A stretch of 64,000 nt of DNA, from NCBI RefSeq assembly GCF_006345805.1, contig NC_043007.1, positions 10,354,001-10,418,000 on the forward strand, given 5' to 3'. The translations under genes and the position numbers were made by a program. The notes under the pieces are model-generated. The model made no database searches, was not told where the DNA came from, and was given only the letters and a program-made list of their open reading frames with translations. Source of the stretch: Octopus sinensis. Taxonomy: Eukaryota. Positions 37,901 to 50,130 of the stretch are shown here, piece after piece; position 1 is the stretch's first letter; each line of letters opens with the position of its first letter.

Positions 37901-38680
37901 CATTGCAAGTTCATTTTCATATCTATACCTAACCAGTTTTAGGTAGTTTCTTGATCTCCAGTATTGTGACTTCGTCTTATTCTAAATCTGCCAAGATAGC
38001 CGCCACTAATGGATATTTCTGGCGGCACATTCAGCACCCTAATCTTGGCAAGACGTTGACCGCGATAGCTGGAATTAAGAAAAAATTGTCCTTACTCAAA
38101 GTGGTTGCGGAATTATATCTAGCTTCTTCTTCCGTCCCAAATCACATCTCAGTGGTTCCAAACTTCTTTCCTCGGGTAATGTGAATCTTCAGTTCTCAGA
38201 TGCACCCAAGTCATTTTTGTATTTCGCTCTCGGGAGCATTTTCCACCCGCTGAGACTTTACTCCGATGCAACGGTATGTCATCGTGCATCTTGCAATATT
38301 TTCTATCATGTCGAATGGAGGTTTTAGAGTTACCCTTCTTCCATTTCTTTTTACAATTTTTCTTGCTAATTTTAATTCTTCTTCGTCTATGTGGTAACTT
38401 TCCATATTTCTCGCCTCTGACACCAAAGACGCAGTGGCGATATTTGCGATTTTATGTTTCATTTCTTTTGTATTGCTGTTGCTGTTATTGTTGTTGTTGT
38501 TGTTGTTGTTGCTGTCACTGCATCTTTTGTTGCTGTTGTTGTTCTCGAAAGTTTTGGTGTCATTCAGTTTAGGCCATTCTAAACTGATATTCTCAATTCT
38601 TTTCTTGTTCTCAATTTTCCCCAACAAGAAGCGCGTTCCTTTGTCGAAAATTATGATGGCTTCTATATCAACCATCTTTA
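34650..38680 (-). mobile_element. Near full-length decayed L1-Tx1 element (ORF1 + APE + RT)
   Basis: ORF1 pieces with CHKCGSVRHIKFSC; APE GCVNVRGL...ISETR; GY.KLNASL; SPG.NGL.YE.Y...NFRPISLL; LDQSKAF.RV..RQGCPLSPLLY; (TG)n inserted at 34880-34990. Confidence 0.88.
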
Positions 38681-39265
38681 AAAATTACTGAAAATTCCAA
38701 AGCTGTTTTTGTTAAAATTCAAAAATTATTTATGCGCGCCCCTGCAAAATAGGGGATGTCTCTACACAAAAGTACAATCTGCGCAATGCAGGCAATCTCA
38801 GAAACGTAATGGTAACAACAGAAATGAAAAGACCTTAGAAGGTCGAAAAGCTTACAAACACTTTTTAAACTTATGGCGCACCAAATTTCCGTGGCTTCAC
38901 AGTATGGCGGTAATAATATATGACCAAAATAAACATGCCTAATTTATTATGTGATAAACAGGACATATTTTCTTGCGTCCATGCATCATACATAATACAC
39001 ATTCCCAATTTTTTTCAACCATTAGATTATGTCGGAACTAATGAAAGGAAAGCTTTATATTACTCAGAACGTATGAAACAATGGCTAACTAAAAAACAAG
39101 TGTGGACATTTACGATATACATGTATAAACGCTTTGGACAAGCAAAGTGTTAAGGAGTAGTTCAGGAAGTAACTATTAATGGTGCCTACCGCCTTTCTTC
39201 GTCACATACACACAAAAAAAAAACACCATTGAATACACGCAATAAACAAAAGCAAGATACTTACC

Positions 39266-39866
39266 TATTTCTCTACTACCCACAAGGGGCTAAACACAGA
39301 GAGGACAAACTAGGACAGACAAACTGCTTAAGTCGATTATATCGACTCCAGTGCGTAACTGGTACTTAATTTATCGACCCCGAAAGGATGAAAGGCAAAG
39401 TCGACCTTGGTGGTATCTGAACTCAGAACGTAGCGGCAGACGAAATACCTATTTCTTTACTATCCACAAGGGGTTAAACACAGAGGAGACAAACAAGGAC
39501 AGACAAACTGCTTAAGTCAATTATATCAACCCCAGTGCGTAACTGGTACTTATTTAATCGACCCTGAAAGGATGAAAGGCAAAGTCGACCTCGGTGGTAT
39601 CTGAACTTAGAACGTAGCGGCAGACGAAATACCTATTTCTTTACTATCCACAAGGGGTTAAACACAGAGGAGACAAACAAGGACAGACAAACTGCTTAAG
39701 TCGATTATATCGACCCCAGTGCGTAACTGGTACTTATTTAATCGACCCTGAAAGGATGAAAGGCAAAGTTGACCTCGGTGGTATTTGAACTCAGAACGTA
39801 ACGGCAGACGAAATACGGCTACGCATTTCGTCCGGCGTGCTAACGTTTCTGCCAGCTCGCCGCCTT
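39266..39866 (-). mobile_element. CORE-type SINE concatemer (head + 3 bodies, 184-bp period) with TSD
   Basis: Units start at 39266, 39450 and 39634; flanked by CAAGATACTTACC at 39253-65 and 39871-83. Confidence 0.9.
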
Positions 39867-39876
39867 AAAACAAGAT

Positions 39877-40025
39877 ACTTACCCTGAAAGCATAGGCTCG
39901 TGCGGTAGTTGTGAAGTTCTACAATAAACATAATATTACTTCAATAATAATGACAACAATATAAAGTTAAAGCAACGATATTCGTCTTACAAGAATAAGT
40001 TTAAAATCTCTCTCTCCTCTCTCTG
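39877..40025 (-). other. Putative non-coding first exon module, copy C (no cognate coding exon found)
   Basis: Minus strand TTTCAGG|GTAAGTATC with donor at 39882-39877; homologous to copies A and B. Confidence 0.6.
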
Positions 40026-40116
40026 CCTGTATATATATATATATATATATAAAGGCGGTGCTCCAGCATGGCCGCAGTCAAATGACTGAAACAGTAAAAG
40101 AGTAAAGAGTAAAAGA

Positions 40117-40170
<54 letters not shown>

Positions 40171-40450
40171 TTGTGTGTGGTGTGTGTGTGTGTGTGCATG
40201 TTGTGTGGTGTGTGTGTGATCGCGTGCTTTGTCAAAAGCAGGATACGGAATCATACGAGTCACATGAAAATCAAAATGTCCAGGTAGATAATAATCTTGA
40301 ACCCGCCAAACCAGCTCTTACAACTTGTGTCAGATGTCATAAAGCTTGTTAAGACAATATTTGGACTTAAAAGCCATATATGCTAGTTCATAAAAGAATT
40401 CCTTTAGAATTAGACTCCAAAAGACAAAGGTGTAGAAGAAACTTGAATAA

Positions 40451-43400
40451 CACAATGTAACACATGTTTTGTTTATTTGTATTTTTTAATGTTCTTATAT
40501 GCATTTTTTGCCACTAAATTCAAAAATGACATTCGTTTTGACGTAATATCGAGAGTTATTTATCTATTCCTAATTATAACTTTTCCCTACAGCACATTGT
40601 TGGCTCAATCTATTCTAGTATTGTAAGGATAATTACACAACATTTAGTAATTTTTCATATATTGAAGGGTATTTAGGAAGTAAAATATTAGTTAGAACAA
40701 AAAGAAACAATAAAACTCTGCACTGTAAATGCCTTGATAACTCTTTTCTTAAGATGAAAAGTGCTTTGACGATCGAGATTTTCTGGAGTGTATACCTTCA
40801 TCTCTTCTGACTAGAGACCATATATAATTCCCATCATAGCAGTATCCCCTCGTCCTTGGTATCTTCTTTCCATAGTTGCGATGTCCTGATGAAATCTCTC
40901 ATCATGCTCCTCACTGACATCACCCAAGTTTTCGGGGATGGGGTGATCTAGGTGAGAGAGCAAAAAATGAACCTTTAAGGACATACGACAACCCATTTTC
41001 TTGAAGTTTTCAATAAGCTTTGCTACCAGTTGTTTGTAATTAGGATCCTTGGGATTTCCTAGGAATCCACGAACTACATCACGAAATACAAACCAAGCTT
41101 CTTTTTCAACGTCTGTCATCGCTCTTTCCAGTTTCTTCGACTTTATTTACTTGGGCCCCATCAAATATGCCACCCTTGATCTTGGCCTCAGATAGCTTTG
41201 GAAACATAAGACAAATCTAAGACCTTCACAAACTGTTTTACCAATCCGAGTTTGATATGAAGCGGGGGTAATAAGATTTTGTTGGCATCTACTAGAGGCT
41301 GTTTGAGAATATTTAACATTCCTGGCTGCAGTTCCACTCGTGGGGGCCAATGTACTCTCTTGTAATGATCATCATCAGGAAGAAGAAGGCAAGCATCTTG
41401 AAATCACCACAAACATCCCACTTGAACTCAGCGTAATTTATTTTGTCGAGAAGTTCTTTGACATTATCGTAATATTCTTTCTTCTGTATGGAGTGTGAAA
41501 GAGGCAAAGAAGGATATTTATTTCCATTGTGGAGCAACAATGCTTTAAGACTTCCTGTTGAGCTATCTATGAACAGTCGCCATTCTTCAGAATCATGTTT
41601 GAGTCCAATAGCAGTAAACAAACCAATCACATCTTTACAATAATACAGATCATTAATATTTTCATAGTAAATTTCAAATTCGTCGTGGCGTTTCCGGTAC
41701 ACAGATGTCTTGCAGTCTTCCCCCAGTAGATTCCATTCCTTCAATCTTGATGAAAGAAGTTCAGCTCCTGACTTAGTAAAACCCAGATCCCTGATTAAAT
41801 CATCTAGCTCACTCTGATTTGGAAAGTGAGGCTCCGAATTTGTTCTTGGTACGAAAGCTTCCTCCATTTCTTGGATGCTGCTACTTGTTGACTCTTCAGA
41901 TGAAATATTTTCTGGTGGTAGTGGTACTTGTAAACTGTCATCATGTGGGACAGGTGCTCTAGATGGGAGTATGTCTGGATACTGAAGAGCTTGTCTTCCT
42001 TTCACTTTTCTGTACTTTGTCACATCGATTATACAAAAGTTACAGTCATCGTGATGGTTCTTTGGCTCTCTCCATACCCTTGGGATGGCAAAAGGCATTG
42101 GCCTTCCTGTACCTCTTAGCCATCCTTCTAGAGTATATCGACAGCTTCCACATATCACATGTGGGGCCCATGGTTTGTCCTGGTCGCCCATGGGCATTCC
42201 GAAATAGAGTCTGTACGCTATCCACAATTTGGTACCTTTCACTATCTTATATAATACCTGCTTTTTTTCCAATATAATAACCACACACATAGCAAAATGT
42301 ATCTGGAGAATTTTTGCATACTCTAGTAGCCCTCCTGAAAGTAACAGAACTTAGCAATTGGTCTGAAAGAGAAAATTAGACATACATTTAGTAGCGGATC
42401 AGTATAACAATACCGAATATAATGGTGTAATTTGAGAGGATAATAAAAAAGTTATGGATGATTTAGTGATTTACTGCAAAACCCATGGCGGCCAAAATGA
42501 TCTGAACGGTTGCTTTTACTCCATGTTTTAGTATATTTAACCGGCGAACTCTAATGTTTTGAATTTGTTTACGTGACAGTTCGTTTACTAAACATTAGTA
42601 AGAATATCTGCAGTGTACTTTGTTAATATAATGCCACTTACTCTGTTACCAATTCGTCAGCAGATTATTAAGCTTCGAAAAAAGGATAATTTAAGTATTA
42701 GGTCTATTGCAAAGATTGTTAACAAGTCAAAAAGTGTTGTTCACGGTATTCTTAAGGTCTACGATGATTGTGGTTCGTGTGAAGCAAGAAGTCTACAGGT
42801 GGCCAAGAAAAACGACCAAGAGAGAAGATCGTGCTATGGTAAAGTTGGTTAAAAAGGACAGATTTAAAACTGCTGCTGCTGTTTTTCGGGAAATGAGCAT
42901 TGTACTGAAGAAAACTTTATCTCGAAAAACTGTCTCGTCGTTTAGTTGAACATGACCTACAAGCAAGAGCACCTGCAGTGAAGCCACTGATCAGCTCCAA
43001 GAATAAAAAGTGTCGTCTTACCTTTGCAACCGAACATGTGTTGTGGTCTCAAGAAAAATGGCAAACGGTGCATTTCAGTGATGAATCTAAGTCTATGTTA
43101 TATGGCTCAGATGGGAAAAGGTACGTTCGACGAAAAGCAGGTGAAAAATTGTCACATAAATGCCTTAAGACTAGTGTTAAATTCGGTGGAGGAAGTGTCA
43201 TGGTTTGGGGGATGATATCTGGAGATGTTGTGGGCCCTTTGCTGCGATTACATGGAAAGGTAAATGCAGGAGTTTATAAACAACTTGTAAAAAATCATGC
43301 CTTGACTGTGCTGAGAAATTCAACTAAGCGACCACCCATATTCATGCAGGACAATGCCCCATGTCACAAGGCTAAGGTGGTCATGAACTTCCTCAAGGCT

Positions 43401-44051
43401 GAAAAGGTTATTGTTATGGATTGGCCTGCTCAAAGACCAGACCTCAATCCTATTGAAAATATGTGGAATATTCTAGGAGAACGTTTGAAAGCCAGAAATC
43501 CTAAAACAACCGAGCAATTATGGAATGCCCTTCAGGAAGAATGGAATAAGATCACCCAGCAAGAAATTGAAAATTTAATTTCCCCATGCAGTCGAAAATG
43601 TCAAACTTTGATTGAAGCTAAAGGGCTTCACACTAAATATGAAATAATTCCAGCATTCTCTGTCACTTTTTGATTATTTTGTTATTTTTTCAACCGTTCT
43701 GATCATTTTGGCCACCATGGGTTTTGCAGTAAATCACTATATCATCCATAACTTTTGTATTATCCACTCAAATTACACCAAAATCTCAGACAAAACCAGT
43801 TACTATCGTATTTATTGTCTGTGAAATATAAAACTTTAATAAAAACTTATATCTACTTTTCTGACAAAAACAATGCCGTTCTGAACATTTTGGCCGCAAC
43901 TGTATAATAACATTGAAAGTCGACATAGTTTTTTTTTAACTGTTGATGATGCACAAAAAATAATTTCAGTTTTGGAATCAGCAGAAAAAAATGGATTCAT
44001 AAACAATAAAATAAAAACAATAAACAATTTTTTAAAAATTGTCACGTTGTG
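40451..44051 (-). mobile_element. Chapaev3 (CMC) DNA transposon with TAA TSD, interrupted by Tc1
   Basis: Termini CACAATGTAAC / GTCACGTTGTG, both flanked by TAA (40448-50, 44052-54). Transposase CKNSPD.FCY.CG, DQDKPWAPH..C..C, WREP.NH..DC.FC, WRLFIDSS..SLKA.LLH, CGD.K, EEH.ERFHQDI across 40811-42330 with frameshifts. Confidence 0.85.
42424..43779 (+). mobile_element. Tc1-like (DD34E) element with 89-bp TIRs nested in Chapaev3
   Basis: TIRs 42424-42512 and 43691-43779; FSDES, GGGSVMVWG, FMQDNAPCH, WP..RPDLNPIEN.W; N-terminal HTH frameshifted. Confidence 0.92.
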
Positions 44052-44207
44052 TAATATCTGTCACTTGGTCTGGCGTCACTTGAGTTTCAAACCCCATCAG
44101 TCAGCAGCTGGTCTTAGTCATATGAGGGCCATCAACGGAATGCTTATACTGTATGATGTGTGTGTGGATGAGAAGGTTATCAGCTGTCAAAATGAAGCAA
44201 TCATATA

Positions 44208-44240
<33 letters not shown>

Positions 44241-44454
44241 GTGTGTATGTGTGAGTGTGTCTGAGTGTGTGTACATTCATCTATGGACACACACACACAT
44301 ATACATGTGCAACCCTCCAATGGCATTTTGGTGAGATAATCTACACTTAACATACGCGATATACAGATATTCACATTCCTGAAGTTTGTGCAGAACATCC
44401 TGTTATGTATTGAGTGGTACATTACTGAAAGTATGGACAATAACGCATCAAATT

Positions 44455-44850
44455 ACGCAGCTAGCAGAATCGTTAGCACGCCGGGCGAAATGCCTAGCGG
44501 TATTTCGTCTGCCGTTACGTTCTGAGTTCAAATTCCGCCGAGGTCGACTTTGCCATTCATCCTTTCGGGGTCGATAAATTAAGTACCAGTTACGCACTGG
44601 GATCCATGTAATCGACTTAATCCGTTTGTCTGTCCTAGTTTGTTCCCTCTGTGTTTAGCCCCTTTTGGGTAGTAAAGAAATAGGTATTTGCTACGTTCTG
44701 AGTTCAAATTCCGCCGAGGTCGACTTTGCCTTCCATCCTTTCGGGGTCTATTAAATAAGTACCAGTTACGCACTGGGGTCGATATAATCGACTGAATCCC
44801 TTTGTCTGTCCTTGTTTGTCCTCTCTATGTTTAGCCCCTTGTGGGTAGTA
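44455..44850 (+). mobile_element. CORE-type SINE (head + 2 bodies, 184-bp period)
   Basis: Repeated unit starts at 44501 and 44685. Confidence 0.88.
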
Positions 44851-44917
44851 TTGATCTGAGTTCAAGGAGTCTTCGTTTACGAGTATAGGTGTCCGAAACT
44901 ATGCTACAGTTTTTTTT

Positions 44918-45098
44918 CGCTAGATTATAAGGTATATTAATTTTTATGTTTGGGGTGGCATGAGTTGAATAATAGGTATTGTATAGAATCTGTAGGTTTA
45001 TAGAAGATGTCTGTTTCGGTGTGGTTACTGACTATTTTAATTAGGATGTCAAGAAAAGGGAGTTGTTTACTGCTGTGCTTCATGTTGAATTGTGTGTT
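44918..45098 (-). mobile_element. Penelope-like RT thumb fragment (not in the ORF track)
   Basis: Manual translation TQFNMKHSSKQLPFLDILIK....ETDIFYKPTDSIQYLLFNSCHPKH then INIPYNLA after a frameshift. Confidence 0.8.
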
Positions 45099-45558
45099 TA
45101 TATATATACATACACATATATAAGAGAGTCACTCTCTTATATATGTGTATATAAATTTTTATTGTATCCCTGGCTTTTTATGCGCTAAGCCACTTGGTGT
45201 TAAATTGATGGTATTATTAAATTAATATCCAACTTTTCACCCTTATTTTTTGATTTATATATATATATATATATATTTGTGTGTGTATATGTGACCTCGT
45301 GTGTGCGTCTACATGTGTGTGTGTGTGCATGTGTGTATTGTGTCTGTATTTGTCGCCCACTACCGCCGTTTAACAACCGTTGCTGGTGTGTTTACGTTCT
45401 CGTAAGTTAGCGGTTCGGCTTTAAAAACAAGAACTAGGGTCGACTAAAGTTCCTGAAGGTCGTGCCCCAGCATGGCTGCAGTCTAATGATACAAGCAAGT
45501 AAAAGTCGAAACATATACCTACCTAAGCACTCACACATTTATATGCACACATATATAC

Positions 45559-45609
<51 letters not shown>

Positions 45610-45621
45610 TGTGTGTGTGTG

Positions 45622-45654
<33 letters not shown>

Positions 45655-45913
45655 TGTGTGTGTTGTGTGTGTGTGTCAGTGTGTTTGTATTTGTCTACTA
45701 CCTGCGTTTGACAGTTGGTGTCGATTTGTTTGACTAAACTCTTAAAAGCAGTGGCCTAGCATGACCACAGCCTTATGACTGAAACCAGTAAAACATAATG
45801 AATAGCAATGCCAAATTATTATGATGTTCCGATGAAGCACGCAACAACCTTAAGGAAGTGCACCGACTAATCTTCTAAAAGAAAAAAAAAAACATTATAT
45901 ACATGAAAAATTA

Positions 45914-47120
45914 TTAGGTTGGTAACTAAGTTCCCACCGTTTTAAAAAAAATTTGGAGTTTACTGCGTTTTTAAATTTTGGAATCTATTTTTTTCAAGAA
46001 TTCTATTTTTGAATCATTTCGGAATCTATTGCCTTTTTTTTTCTAGTTAATTTTCGTTAATTTTTGCTTAATTTCAGATCATTTGGATGGAATGTCAAGT
46101 TAAGAAAAACGAACATTTTCGACACCTTCTTTTTGATTTTAATCACGGTTCTAAGGCCGCAAAAGCTGCTTGCGGCATTTGTGCTGTGTATGGAGAGGGT
46201 GCCATAGCTGAAAGGGCTTCTTGTGATTGGTATGCCAAGTTAAAAAATGGAAATTTTGACCGCAAAGACGCACCTGATTCTGGCCGCCCAGTGGAGTTCG
46301 ATGAAGAGGGATTAAACCAACTTTTGCACGAAAATTCTTGTCAAAGCACAAGGGAACTGGCAGAGAAAATGATATGCTCCCACACTGCTATAGAGAACCA
46401 TCTTCACTCGATGGGAAAGGTTCAGAAGTATGGAGCATGAGTTCTGCATGCTTTAAGTGACAATAATAAAAATCAACGAGCCACAATCTCCGCTGGTTTG
46501 CTTGCACGCCACCGCTCAACGATTCCTTTACCGAATCGTTACTGGCGACGAAAAATGGTGCCTGTACATCATGATGAAGCAGCGGAAGGAATGGCTTAGC
46601 ACCGGTAAACAAGCGATACCGCACATGAAAGATCTTCATCCGCATAAAACGATGTTGTGCATATGGTGGGAATGGGAAGGGATTATCCATTACAAATTTC
46701 TTGAACGGAACCAAACGGTCAACGGGGAACTCTATGTTCAACTGTTGGAACAACTCAAGAGAAAAGACCTAATCGGCAGCATGGAGTTCTTTTGCTGCAC
46801 GACAACGCCCGCGCTCATATCGCCAATATGACCAAGGAAGTCATTCAAACGCATGGCTGGGAAGTGCTGCCAACCCTGCCGTACTTTCCTTATTTGGCAC
46901 CAACGAACTTTCACCTCTTTCGATCTCTTTCAAAATGCTATGCGCGGAGTTTCGTTCAATACTGATGCAGAATTGAGAGCTTGGTTGGATCAATTTTTCG
47001 AGTCGAAACGTTGGGAAGAAGTTGTAAACAACAAGGGTGAATACATTAGTTGTTATTTTTTATTAAATTTTGAAAAAATAGAAATTAAAAAAAACTACGG
47101 AAACTTAGTTGCCAACCCAA
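45914..47120 (+). mobile_element. Mariner transposon (defective), 1207 bp, TA TSD
   Basis: TIRs TA|TTAGGTTGGTAACTAAGTT and AACTTAGTTGCCAACCCAA|TA; EHFRHLL...VYGE.AI..., IVTGDEKWCLY, HDNA-like region, LAP..FHLF; frameshifts. Confidence 0.92.
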
Positions 47121-47162
47121 TACATCCGCCATCCACTGACGGAAGTAAGTGTAAATACATGT

Positions 47163-47209
<47 letters not shown>

Positions 47210-48544
47210 AGGGGGTATATATGTATGTATGTAAATATACATATATAAATGTAAGATCCAGGGATCGACGTGTGGGAAGAAAGTTAACTTCAAGCGATTC
47301 GTAGTAAATATATAAAAAACACAACTTTCAGAGACAATAGTGGTTTATTGAGACAAAATGTTCTTTATCAAAGTACGGACGATAAACTGAAAAAAAGTTC
47401 GTTTTATATTTCACTGTCGGCAACAAGGTTTGCCGGGTGTACGAATAAAAATACAAGAGTTACGAAATGGGGTAGATAAGACCCGAGCAACATATGCTTC
47501 ATAGCGAACGGAACCTCAGAAGTGGCAAATACCCAAGCGAGGGGTGTACCGTAGGCTACTCGTCTGGTCAAGAATATCTTGATTAACTGAAAGTTTACAT
47601 TGTTGAAAAGAGGCACAAGTTAACGCATGGAAGATCCAATCATAATCTGATATGTATGTATGTGTGTGTGTGTGTGTACGTATGTGTGTGTATGTGTGTG
47701 TGTGTACGTGTGTATGTGTGTATGCTGAACTACTGAGAAATCTACAGTTTCTCTATCCAGATTACAAGTTCAGCTTTATGCCTGTAATTATTGGTGTAAT
47801 AAGATATGTAACACACTGCCTAAGTACCAGTGATGAGAAATCAGGCTTCTCAAAACCATAAAAGGGGAAAGTTAATTTGGATTTGAACGACTACAGATCC
47901 GAGTCATCATTAGAACTATAAGAATTTGTAAACTAGAAGTTTATCACTTGAATATATATTCGCATGTCTAGACATGCAAATATATCCATTGGAATATATA
48001 CATACAGCAAAACATATAAATCTGCACATGAACTGACTCCAAATACGGCACACATACATACATAGTTGCAAAAATACCCAGTTGATGTTGCTGAAATTCC
48101 AATGAAGGAATCTTGGCAACCGGCTATTTCTCTATTGACAAGGAATCTTGAAATAAAACTGAATAATCACACACACACACACATACACACACATATCGGG
48201 CTCATTTTTCCGGTATGGAGCCTTGGGCGAGTTTTGAGTGGATCTGATACACAGAAACTGAAAAAAGCCGTCGTATGTATACGTACATGTATAACATTAG
48301 TTTCATGTTAAGGAAGCTCTTTATAGCTACCAAAACTATCGCATGGAACATCAATGTTAGTCTTCATTTTGAATTAAAACATAAAAGTAGCATAAAATCA
48401 CGATGAAAATCACGCGAGATTTTTGGGTAACCAAAAACAAGACAACAGGAAAAATCTTTTAGATGACCATCTCCCTGGGGTTCGACTTTTGGAAAAATTC
48501 AATTCATTCGAATTTTTCTCACTCATTTCGATACTCTCTCTCTC

Positions 48545-48962
48545 TCTTACTCTTTTACTCTTTTACTTGTTTCAGTCATTTGACTGCGGCCATGCTGGAG
48601 CAACGCCTTTAATCGAGCAACTCGACCCCGGGACTTATTCTTTATAAGCCCAGTACTTATTCTATCGGTCTCTTTTGCCGAACCGTTAAGTGACGGGGAC
48701 ATAAACACACCAGCATCGGTTGTCAAGCAATGCTAGAGGGACAAATACAGACACACCAACACGCACACACACACATATATATATATATACATATATACGA
48801 CGGGCTTCTTTCAGTTTCCGTCTACCAAATCCACTCACAAGGCTTTGGTCGGCCCGAGGCTATAGTAGAAGACACTTGCCCAAGGTGCCAGGCAGTGGGA
48901 CTGAACCCGGAACCATGTGGTTGGTAAGCAAGCTACTTACCACACAGTCACTCCTGCGCCTA
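48545..48962 (-). mobile_element. Full-length tRNA-derived SINE with internal (CA)/(TA) microsatellite
   Basis: Minus strand head AGGCGCAGGAGTG.CTGTGTGG..GGTTCCGGGTTCAGTCCC (A/B-box-like), microsatellite, then the 3' half with tandem tail. Confidence 0.85.
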
Positions 48963-49488
48963 CACAAATTTTATAATTGTACAATTTTGGAATGTCTGCA
49001 CTTAGAAGTTCATACTTGCACGTATGCACTTCGTTGCCAAATGTTTATCCTGTTTTGACGTTAAGTTTAAAGCTTGTTATAATTGCGTATATTATGCATT
49101 TGTGTACATTCTATAAATTTATGTGTATATTCATATATTTTTACAGTCTATGCATCATGCGTTTTGTGCACATGAATACATTCACACACATGTGCTTGTA
49201 TAAACTCACAGAAGCACGAACACACGCACACACACACACACCACACACACATATATATATATACACACGCAAATACACACATGCACTCATCCAACCATAC
49301 ACATATACACACGCAAATACACACACGCACTCATCCAACCACACATGTGTATATGCATACATAAAAAAATGCACGTATTATACACATTTTTCAGTATATG
49401 ATTGTGGAGTTTCACGTATCTTACTCAGATTTTTACATATATTTTGTGGAATTTCATGTAACTTGCACATATTCTTTACAAGTTTTTT

Positions 49489-49539
<51 letters not shown>

Positions 49540-49545
49540 ATATAT

Positions 49546-49580
<35 letters not shown>

Positions 49581-49685
49581 ATAGATATATATATATATAT
49601 ATATGTATGTACGTATGTATATATACATATATATCTATATATCTATCTCTTTATATATATAATAAATATATATATATAATATATA

Positions 49686-49754
<69 letters not shown>

Positions 49755-49757
<3 letters not shown>

Positions 49758-50130
49758 ATATAAACGGCAGTTTGTCTGTGCGTGTTTCTGTGTGTCTGTT
49801 TGCTTGTACCCTCACCCTGACCACGGCTTTCAACCGATTCTGATGAAACTTGACACACACATAGCCCAATGTCATAATTCAAAACTAACGCAGCGAAAAT
49901 TTTGAAAAGTTCCCCCAGTTCTGAAAAAATCGATAAATTCGACATGGGGTCGAGAATTAGAAACACGAACCACAAACTGGCTAGGGGACGCAACTCTACC
50001 TTTTTTAAATCTCAAAAAAAATTTACCATCATTTTTTTCCATTTTTTTGCTATTTTTGGGCTATAACTCTCTAAAAATGCTTTATAGTTATTTCCCTTAC
50101 AAACCTGAGCAACGCCGGCGATACTGCTAG
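49755..50130 (+). mobile_element. Non-autonomous Helitron (~376 bp) in a (TA)n tract
   Basis: 5' TC(TATATAAA); 3' CC.GAGCAACGCCGG hairpin remnant followed by CTAG|T. Confidence 0.65.

Noticed and set aside
39266-39866. Regularly spaced repeats resembling a CRISPR array
   Set aside because: Units are full 184-bp SINE bodies with no unique spacers, in eukaryotic context and with no cas genes.
45815-45865. Third hammerhead-like motif (CCGATGA, GCAC/GTGC stem)
   Set aside because: The core has U4>C, and GAAA and stems I/III are missing.
48977-49843. 288-aa ORF and similar long low-complexity ORFs (421..888, 9327..9761, 30401..30823, 50873..51271, 57665..58129, 62270..62689)
   Set aside because: They are open only because they run through stop-free microsatellites; no domain signal.
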